Below, in pieces: positions 57,264 through 64,000 of a stretch of 64,000 nucleotides of DNA. The notes under the pieces are model-generated. The model saw only the letters and a program-made list of their open reading frames with translations. It was not told the DNA's origin and ran no database searches. Positions within the stretch are counted from its first letter, which is position 1. The number at the start of each line of letters is the position of its first letter. The position numbers were made by a program, and so were the translations under genes. This DNA comes from a virus (taxonomy: Duplodnaviria > Caudoviricetes). The DNA lies in the IMG/VR virus record IMGVR_UViG_3300031994_000006, positions 64,001 to 128,000 of that record; one strand, given 5' to 3'.

Positions 57264-57307
57264 GCAGGATTTTTTTATTCCGTAATAAAGCGCTATCTTT
57301 GCAGTAA
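57264..57307 (+). promoter_or_regulatory. Bacteroidota-type promoter (copy 3)
   Basis: GCAGGATTTTTTTATTC...TATCTTTGCAGTAA; TAnnTTTG box at 57294-57301. Confidence 0.7.
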
Positions 57308-57329
57308 CAAAATAAAAAACAAGTAAGTT

Positions 57330-57782
57330 ATGGCAAGGTTTAAGGAATTTCATTCATCAAAGACTAAGAGCGCAGGCGACTGCGTCATCAGATCGATAAT
57401 GGCCTGCACGGGCTACACATGGGAGAGGGTATTCTGGGATCTCTGCAACATCGCGCGTAAAAAGCAGTGCATGCCGAACGACAAGCCGGTGTATGACGCC
57501 TGGTTCAAGGCCAACGGCTTCAAGAAGTGCAAGGTCGAGAAAATCACGGACGACTCGGATTACCGCCTGCGTTTCCCGACAGTGTACGAGTGGTGTCAGG
57601 ATCATCCGGGCAGCGTCGCCTGCCTGACGGTCAGCGGCCACATGGTCGGCGCGGTCAAGGGACAGTACTGGGACAGCTGGGACTGCGGCGAGTACAAGGT
57701 CCGCTCGTTCTACCTGAGGGAACTCGGCTGGCGGCAGAGGGAATTTCATACGGCCGATATGGAAATCCCTAACAAACTTTAG
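57330..57782 (+). CDS. small papain-like / C39-like protein
   Basis: GDCVIRSI (Cys), SGHMVGAV (His), YWDSWD (Asp): candidate catalytic triad. Confidence 0.6.
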   Translation: MARFKEFHSSKTKSAGDCVIRSIMACTGYTWERVFWDLCNIARKKQCMPNDKPVYDAWFKANGFKKCKVEKITDDSDYRLRFPTVYEWCQDHPGSVACLTVSGHMVGAVKGQYWDSWDCGEYKVRSFYLRELGWRQREFHTADMEIPNKL

Positions 57783-57849
57783 GAAAAATAACCGGTGATT
57801 CCGGTAATTTGCGGCGTATATAATGTATAGCACATAAGAATATAAGCAT

Positions 57850-58173
57850 ATGAAAGGTAAAGACAACACTGAGACTATCGTATTATCAAGGTATGTGAAG
57901 ATCTCCAATCCGCGTCCGGTCAACGTCAAGACCGGCAAGTTCTCAATTCCCGTCTGGGCGTTCAACCGCTATCAGAAGAAGGATTTCGTGTTCGACGGCG
58001 TCATCGGCGGCAAGGAGGTCGTCAAGGTCCTGGACCGCGAGTACGTCAAGAACCATACGGTACTCGTCCGCAAGAAGCATGAGAGCGTCGAACCGATGAC
58101 ACTCGAGCCGGTCGTGACTTATCAGTATTTCTATCTCATCAAGGCAAAGGATATTCTGGACTATGGCGCTTAA
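57850..58173 (+). CDS. hypothetical protein
   Basis: 107-aa ORF. Confidence 0.7.
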   Translation: MKGKDNTETIVLSRYVKISNPRPVNVKTGKFSIPVWAFNRYQKKDFVFDGVIGGKEVVKVLDREYVKNHTVLVRKKHESVEPMTLEPVVTYQYFYLIKAKDILDYGA

Positions 58174-58657
58174 CAGGACATACACACTCGATCAGATCAG
58201 GACACGCATGATCAACCTCGGCCTTCAGAACCTGACGGCCGCCGAGCTCATCGAGAACTTCCAGAAAATGGAGGATGAGTCCGAACAGAGGATCAATGAC
58301 AGGAGCAAGGCCCGTGACGAATGGTATAGGAACTGCATCGGCAGGTGCTTCCTGATCGACTTCAACGGCACATCGTTCGCGGCATACCGCATCAATAATG
58401 ATCCGGTTTTGACTAATCAGATGGAGGGTGTCAGGATCTGCATCAGCCGCCCCGGATCTGACATGGGCACGAGGATTGAATACAATAAGAAGGACGCGTT
58501 CAACCGTTTCTGGCTGCAGAACCCATATGATGACAACGGCAAGTTCGGCGGCTATAGCGGCATCAACGGCGTCAGGGAGATAACGGACAAGGAATTCGAT
58601 GAACTTATCGCGACATATGACAAAGTCAATAAAATACTGGAGGACGTCGTAAAATGA
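58163..58657 (+). CDS. hypothetical protein
   Basis: 164-aa ORF. Confidence 0.7.
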   Translation: MALNRTYTLDQIRTRMINLGLQNLTAAELIENFQKMEDESEQRINDRSKARDEWYRNCIGRCFLIDFNGTSFAAYRINNDPVLTNQMEGVRICISRPGSDMGTRIEYNKKDAFNRFWLQNPYDDNGKFGGYSGINGVREITDKEFDELIATYDKVNKILEDVVK

Positions 58658-58830
58658 ACAGGAAATTAAGGAACACCGTCATGGCCGGAACGGCCGGACT
58701 GATCATAGGCCTGATCATAGGGGCCGAGAAGCTCAGGCGCTCTGTCAGGAAGACCGTCGAATCTTTGTGTGACGGATTCTTCGAGCCCCTATACAGGGAT
58801 ATAAAAACGGAAAAGAACGAAGAGGTATGA
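58654..58830 (+). CDS. small membrane protein (58 aa)
   Basis: MNRKLRNTVMAGTAGLIIGLIIGA...; ATGA overlaps with both neighbours; not in the ORF track. Confidence 0.6.
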   Translation: MNRKLRNTVMAGTAGLIIGLIIGAEKLRRSVRKTVESLCDGFFEPLYRDIKTEKNEEV

Positions 58831-59156
58831 AGAAGATTGTATGCGCGATTGCCGTACTGATGCTTACGGCATGCGGACCCGGCAGACAGGCCGGTAAGAT
58901 ATTGCAGGCGTCACAACCTGATACAGTAAAGGCGCCGAAGGCCGGTACGGCCGTCAATCCGGTCATAATCGGCGATACCGAGCTCGGATCGTACGGACAT
59001 GTATACGTGATCAAGGTGACCGACCACGACGGCGTGAATCATACGGTCGTCACCGTCAAGAACTCCGCCGCCGACGGAGGTGTGGCGGTCTGCGAGCTCC
59101 GCGGCCCTGAGGGACCTGATCCCGGCTGTGTCGACACTTATCCAATCGGCAACTAA
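58827..59156 (+). CDS. lipoprotein
   Basis: MKKIVCAIAVLMLTAC lipobox. Confidence 0.75.
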   Translation: MKKIVCAIAVLMLTACGPGRQAGKILQASQPDTVKAPKAGTAVNPVIIGDTELGSYGHVYVIKVTDHDGVNHTVVTVKNSAADGGVAVCELRGPEGPDPGCVDTYPIGN

Positions 59157-59174
59157 ACCCAACCATTCGATATT

Positions 59175-59669
59175 ATGAAGAAACTGCGTATTCTGGCCGT
59201 ATCACTCTGTATGATGCTCGGCCTTACACTTACATCATGTGTGGGCGCGGCGGCGATGGTGGACGAAACAGGCGTGTCTGTGGACATCCTGGTCGCGGAA
59301 GGAGTGCCATGTTATGACCTGGACAACGTACTTCTGTACTATTACTGGAACGGAAGGTACTGGTACAGGTACTGGTATCACAATACATGGTACTACAGAC
59401 CCTATGTACGCCCGATGCCCGGATACAGGCGTCCTCATTTCACGGGACCCCAGTCCGGGGATGTCTGGCGTCACGGTCCCGGACGGATCGGTCCGAGACA
59501 CAATATGCACCATCCGAACGTGCGTCGTCCCAATCCACGGCCGCCGAGGCAGCCTGACAGAATGTCGCCTCAGCCACGTCCGGACAGGGGAGGCGTCAAC
59601 AGGATTCCCAACGTCAGGCCGTCCGGAGGTCCGCATTCAGGCGGCGGCCATATAGGCGGCAGGCGATAG
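59175..59669 (+). CDS. lipoprotein with Tyr/Trp-rich core and Arg/Pro/Gly-rich tail
   Basis: MKKLRILAVSLCMMLGLTLTSC lipobox; ends GGHIGGRR. Confidence 0.75.
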   Translation: MKKLRILAVSLCMMLGLTLTSCVGAAAMVDETGVSVDILVAEGVPCYDLDNVLLYYYWNGRYWYRYWYHNTWYYRPYVRPMPGYRRPHFTGPQSGDVWRHGPGRIGPRHNMHHPNVRRPNPRPPRQPDRMSPQPRPDRGGVNRIPNVRPSGGPHSGGGHIGGRR

Positions 59670-59680
59670 ATGTCCGGAAA

Positions 59681-59712
59681 GAAAAAGAGGAGCCCTGAGG
59701 CTCCTCTTCTTA
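59681..59712. terminator. bidirectional terminator
   Basis: aagaggagcc-ctga-ggctcctctt. Confidence 0.8.
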
Positions 59713-59964
59713 GTTTATGTAGATGGTCTCCTTGTCATGTGCGACGCTGTACTGCGTCCGGATCTGCTTGACCATGTCTATCAGGTATATGATCAGCCGC
59801 TCAATCTGGCGGTAGTTCGAGTCCTGTACGGGATTCGAGAACATCTCACGCGACAGCACCTTGTTCAGCACCCCGTATTTGTAGTACTGATAGCCGAGGT
59901 TCGTGAAACCGTCCCTCATGTGCCGTGAATCCTTACGGAACGAGCTTATTCCCTTCAGTTTCAT
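59710..59964 (-). CDS. hypothetical protein
   Basis: 84 aa, TAATG-coupled to the upstream large gene. Confidence 0.7.
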   Translation of the reverse strand: MKLKGISSFRKDSRHMRDGFTNLGYQYYKYGVLNKVLSREMFSNPVQDSNYRQIERLIIYLIDMVKQIRTQYSVAHDKETIYIN

Positions 59965-62900
59965 TAGGCTGTCGTAACTTTAAATCCTATTTCAGATACC
60001 TTCTGTCCGCCGTCGACGCGCAGTCCCGTCATCGTGATGGATGATGTGTATACATTATTCGTATATACCACCTCATTGTTTCCGGGGTTCATGAACTTGT
60101 CCTCATAGTAGATACCGTTACCGCCTCCGGCCGTCTTGAACGTCGATGTACCGATCAGACCGAGCAATGTACGGGATGTACCGGCAAACGTACAGTTGAT
60201 ATTCGATACCGTTCCGTTGCCGCCGCGTACATAGAACGTAGACTCGGTATCCGTACCTATCTTCCTGGCCTCTGCGAAGTTCCAGGCAAGCTTGAGATTC
60301 GTCAGGGTGAGCTTGTAGTTTCCGGAAGGCGTGCCGGATCCGGTCCAGATGACCGCGAGTCCGTTCGCATAGAACGTATTCGCCTGGATGGTCCTCGGGA
60401 GTCCGTCCCTGCCGTTCGCGGTCACACTGCTGCTCGGCGTCCTGGCGACGTTCACGAGCGCGAGCGTCCAGCCGTTGCTCTCCGCTATCTTGACATAGTT
60501 CTTGCCGCTGTCAGGGACAGAGCTTGTATTGATGTCAGGCTCGGTAGGCTCGGCCGATCCGGCGCTCCTGTATACGAGTCCGGGCTGGCTCGATGACGAA
60601 CTTGTCTGCCACAGCAGCCATCTGCCGTTGGGATTCGGGCCGTGTGAGAACGACGATGAATTCGAGGGCTCCCATCCGGTACCGGACTGGGTCATCGTTA
60701 TGCCGCCGGTTTCAAGCTTGAACTTCGTTGACAGTATATAGGTCTCGGAATTCATTGTCACCTCTGTTCCGTTCTTGGCAATCTGATAGGTCGTGCCTCC
60801 TGTCGTGAATGACTTCCTGTACAGGATGGCGTATTCCTTATTGTACTGAAGATCCGCCGTGATATACCAGTTATCCTCGTAGTTCAGCGGATTGTATATC
60901 TCCTCAGGCCAGTTGCACTTGGCATCGGTCACGCCGTATCCGCTGCGCTGTGACAGCCATGCCTCATGCAGATCGGGCACCGCGTCATACCATGTATTGT
61001 TCTCCTGGTATGCGATTCTGAGCAATGTACTTCCGGCACCGCTTCCCGCGAGTCCTCCGACAATCCACTGTCCTCCTGTCGTATTGCCGGCCTCCATCGC
61101 GCCGGACGCCATCAGGTATACGATATGGGTGGAGTTCTTCGTCAGGCCTATCGTATAGTTGGTATCGGCCGACAGGGTTATCTCAGTGTTCTCCTTATAA
61201 TAGGTGGAACTTGTACCGGCCTGCCACTTGGCCTGCTGCGTGGTCGTATAGCTGTAGCCGTCATAGTCGCCGGTAAGTGTCGGGTATGCGGGAGTCGTGA
61301 CCTTCTTGTTGTTCGTCGTAAAGGTCTTGTACAGTGTCGTCACACCGCCCTTGTTGATATAGAACTTGGCGGTATATTCGACCTTCTTGGACAGCTCGAG
61401 TACATAGCTCGAGTCCTTCGTAAGCGTTATCTGGGTATTCTGCTCATATGACACGTTGGAAACGCCTGACTGCACCCATTTACTGCTTATGCTGTATCCG
61501 GCATAGTCGCTTGTCATCGACGGATACGACGGTGTGGTAAGCTTGCCGGCAGACGTCTTCACGGTCTTGAACAGCGTATTGCTGGAGGAGTCGTTCTTAT
61601 GCAGGTAGAACTGTCCGCTGTACTCGGTCGCGGCCTCAGGCTGGAACCTTGTGATATTCGCGACCTTGAAATATGACGATTGCAGGGTCTTTGAGTACCT
61701 GACCGTATACAGGATATACGTAATGGTACCGATTGTATAGTTGCCGATACGCTCGATCTGATTCTCGGCGTTCGCATCCGGGAATGTGAAATAGCTGCCG
61801 TTCGACGCGGATAGCTTGAATTTCCATCTTGCGGTCTGCTGTAGTGAATCGGTGGCCGACGAGGCCCTTTGCATCACGACGAAATACACCTTGTTCTTGC
61901 TGGTTGAGTTCCAGCTCTGCGCCACGGTGGATCCGAGATTATACCATGTGCCGCTGGCGCCCGAGACCGGGAAGTCATATGATCCGGCAAGCGACTCGGC
62001 GAAATCGAATGATGATATTACGGAATTGTCGCCTATCCAGTCACCGTTGCCCCTGCAGTCGGAACCAGCGCCGGTATAGCAGTACCTGCAGTATCTGTTG
62101 CTGCTTTCCGTCACAGGATGACTGGTAAGCAGCGCGTCGCCGAGCTCCTCGGACGTCACGCTGTCGGACGTCATTCCGACGATACCCGCGATTACCTGCG
62201 GCATGACGCCGTTGAATCTCGTATTGGAGTCGGATGCCGGCATGCGTCCGGCAAGTGATGCGTCCTTCGCGAACTTATTGCCGCCGTGTTTCGTATAATA
62301 GTCGACATAATCGGTCCTGTACGGCGCGAATTTACGGTACAGGTCGACCATCTTGATACCGATGCTTACCGAATACGTCAGCTCGGTCGACTTGTCGTCC
62401 GGTGTCCTGATATATCCGTGATACAGGCCTGACGCGGGACTGAGTATGTTATAAAAGGCCTTATTCTTTTCATTATACTGTTCCAGGCCGAATATCTGGC
62501 CTGAAAGCTCGTCGCTGTTGTTCGGATGCTTGAACCTGTATGTTGCCGTCGCTTTCTCCAGCGCATCGTCCTCCTTGAAATACGGAGAAAGATCGCATTC
62601 AGTCATGTCGACACCCTGGTATCCTGCCTGATTCATACGGAATATGTAGGGGAACGGAAGGCCGAGCACCTCATTGTGGACCTGCGGATCCATGCTTGCG
62701 GCCTTCCACTGGTTGGCCGGCGTCTTGGACCAGTCCCTGGAGGTACCGGACAGGAATCCGGCCTGCACATGCACCTCAGGAATCATCATCTCCGTGTATT
62801 TGAGTTTCTCCACGGCGTCGTCGAGTATATCGACAGACGATTTGTCGCCGTCCGACTCCGATGCATAGCCGTTCAGTATCAGGGACGCGCCGGACTTATT

Positions 62901-63779
62901 GAATCCGAGCGTGTTCAGGTATGTCTTGGAATACCGGAACCAGTGATATACCTTACCCGTAAGCGAGCCGCCGGCTGAACTGACGGTCGTCTTCCAGGCG
63001 GACCATTTCGATTCGGATCCCCATTTGGAGCTTACCGTCGCGCCGCACTGACCGGAGCTGATTCCCATGATGTCGCCGAACGTCACGGTACCCTGGAAGC
63101 CTTCACTGCTCGCCTTCCACGGCAGTATCTCAGACTCGCCCGTCTCTGAGTTGTATATCCTGATTGAGAACTCAGGATCATCCTCGCCGTAGAGCGGGAC
63201 ATACACGTCAAGGCTCGACGCGTTCGTAATGTCGCCGAACTCGCTTACCCGTATGTCATGTATGCTGCCGTCGAAGTTGCCGTTCTGAAAAAGCCTGGGA
63301 CTGTCCGTATAGGATTCGAACGCCCTGCTGCCGTCATATATTATATTGCCTACCGCGGATGAGTTCCTGCTCATCATCATGATGACGGGCCAGAACCATC
63401 CCGCGGTCAGATCCTCCGAGTCGACCACAACCGACGTACTGTCGGGATCCGTCCGGAGAAGTCTGAACCTGTATACGTTCTCATATGAACCGGACAGGTT
63501 CCTGTCGCTCTTGCTGACGGCAGTGGCCGCGAACTGGCGCATCGTCTCACAGGCCTTCGGGCCGAATTCGTTATTGAATGTGCGTGAAGAGAATGTCGAA
63601 CTGTAATTCGAGGCATTATCAGGCCTGATGACGACCGGACTGCCGTTCACAGAGGCGGCAGGCTCGATCCTCAGTCCGTACAGCGCGAAACTGCCGGTAT
63701 CGACGGTCGTCGTCGTGTTATCCGGCCTCAGTTCCGCGTAGAGGTCCGTCGGACGCAGTATGTTGGTTATGATTTCCAT
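59964..63779 (-). CDS. large Ser/Thr/Gly-rich structural protein (fiber/baseplate-like)
   Basis: 1271 aa, beta-rich; internal duplicated ~70-aa unit (YSGQFYLHKN...KLTTPSYP / YTAKFYINKG...KVTTPAYP). Confidence 0.6.
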   Translation of the reverse strand: MEIITNILRPTDLYAELRPDNTTTTVDTGSFALYGLRIEPAASVNGSPVVIRPDNASNYSSTFSSRTFNNEFGPKACETMRQFAATAVSKSDRNLSGSYENVYRFRLLRTDPDSTSVVVDSEDLTAGWFWPVIMMMSRNSSAVGNIIYDGSRAFESYTDSPRLFQNGNFDGSIHDIRVSEFGDITNASSLDVYVPLYGEDDPEFSIRIYNSETGESEILPWKASSEGFQGTVTFGDIMGISSGQCGATVSSKWGSESKWSAWKTTVSSAGGSLTGKVYHWFRYSKTYLNTLGFNKSGASLILNGYASESDGDKSSVDILDDAVEKLKYTEMMIPEVHVQAGFLSGTSRDWSKTPANQWKAASMDPQVHNEVLGLPFPYIFRMNQAGYQGVDMTECDLSPYFKEDDALEKATATYRFKHPNNSDELSGQIFGLEQYNEKNKAFYNILSPASGLYHGYIRTPDDKSTELTYSVSIGIKMVDLYRKFAPYRTDYVDYYTKHGGNKFAKDASLAGRMPASDSNTRFNGVMPQVIAGIVGMTSDSVTSEELGDALLTSHPVTESSNRYCRYCYTGAGSDCRGNGDWIGDNSVISSFDFAESLAGSYDFPVSGASGTWYNLGSTVAQSWNSTSKNKVYFVVMQRASSATDSLQQTARWKFKLSASNGSYFTFPDANAENQIERIGNYTIGTITYILYTVRYSKTLQSSYFKVANITRFQPEAATEYSGQFYLHKNDSSSNTLFKTVKTSAGKLTTPSYPSMTSDYAGYSISSKWVQSGVSNVSYEQNTQITLTKDSSYVLELSKKVEYTAKFYINKGGVTTLYKTFTTNNKKVTTPAYPTLTGDYDGYSYTTTQQAKWQAGTSSTYYKENTEITLSADTNYTIGLTKNSTHIVYLMASGAMEAGNTTGGQWIVGGLAGSGAGSTLLRIAYQENNTWYDAVPDLHEAWLSQRSGYGVTDAKCNWPEEIYNPLNYEDNWYITADLQYNKEYAILYRKSFTTGGTTYQIAKNGTEVTMNSETYILSTKFKLETGGITMTQSGTGWEPSNSSSFSHGPNPNGRWLLWQTSSSSSQPGLVYRSAGSAEPTEPDINTSSVPDSGKNYVKIAESNGWTLALVNVARTPSSSVTANGRDGLPRTIQANTFYANGLAVIWTGSGTPSGNYKLTLTNLKLAWNFAEARKIGTDTESTFYVRGGNGTVSNINCTFAGTSRTLLGLIGTSTFKTAGGGNGIYYEDKFMNPGNNEVVYTNNVYTSSITMTGLRVDGGQKVSEIGFKVTTA

Positions 63780-63791
63780 ATATTCTGTATG

Positions 63792-64000
63792 TTACTTAGT
63801 TCCGAAAGGCGCCGTCACAAGCTCGAGATCCGCCGGTATGCCGTCATTGTCTCCGTCCTTGTTCCAGTCGGACATGGTCGCGCTGAATGACTGATACACG
63901 GGAGCCACGGACTGCAGGTTGCCTGCCGCGTCGTATATCTTGGCGAGCATCTGGATTTCATGGCTGCCGGAGTTTATCGAGTCGTCTGAACCCTTATACT
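63792..64000 (-). CDS. 3' end of a gene starting outside the window
   Basis: Open frame ...SHEIQMLAKIYDAAGNL...LVTAPFGTK followed by TAA at 63792-63794. Confidence 0.7.
   Translation of the reverse strand, partial: YKGSDDSINSGSHEIQMLAKIYDAAGNLQSVAPVYQSFSATMSDWNKDGDNDGIPADLELVTAPFGTK

Noticed and set aside
1-64000. Stop-codon recoding (TAG to Gln) as in Lak-type megaphages
   Set aside because: ORFs up to 3526 aa are intact in the standard code, and TAG ends genes normally (e.g. 535, 38922, 59669).
1-64000. tRNA/rRNA genes, introns or inteins
   Set aside because: No cloverleaf, rRNA-like tract, interrupted gene or intein terminal motifs recognised by eye; a covariance-model scan would be needed to exclude them.

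Overview
A gene-dense segment of a large T4-like (contractile-tailed) jumbo phage genome, GC-rich and read in the standard genetic code. Host-type TAnnTTTG promoter boxes point to a Bacteroidota host (inference). It carries a gp23-like major capsid protein, a gp18-like tail sheath, a gp25-like baseplate protein and several giant virion-type proteins: one of 3526 aa with a CotH-kinase-like domain and LRRs, one of 1683 aa with a lamin-tail domain and a metallophosphoesterase, and others of 1675 and 1271 aa. It also carries an AAA ATPase, a HAD protein, a DUF616-like glycosyltransferase, an Eco57I-like methyltransferase, a degenerate homing-endonuclease-like gene and many small accessory ORFs. 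The main unusual feature is a peptide-tag system. The motif [hydrophobic]-x-E-A-F-[RKN]-[AS]-G-N-x-A-R-[KR]-[KQ]-E occurs 15 times. Ten copies divide a 2103-aa ORF next to the capsid gene into unrelated or paralogous ~160-250-aa modules, and five sit after short leaders at the start of stand-alone genes. My inference is a prohead-protease-processed polyprotein of capsid-packaged, injected effectors, with a methyltransferase possibly among the cargo. A second N-terminal tag (MNKNRY) marks four small unrelated ORFs. All domain calls come from motif recognition by eye; no searches were run.
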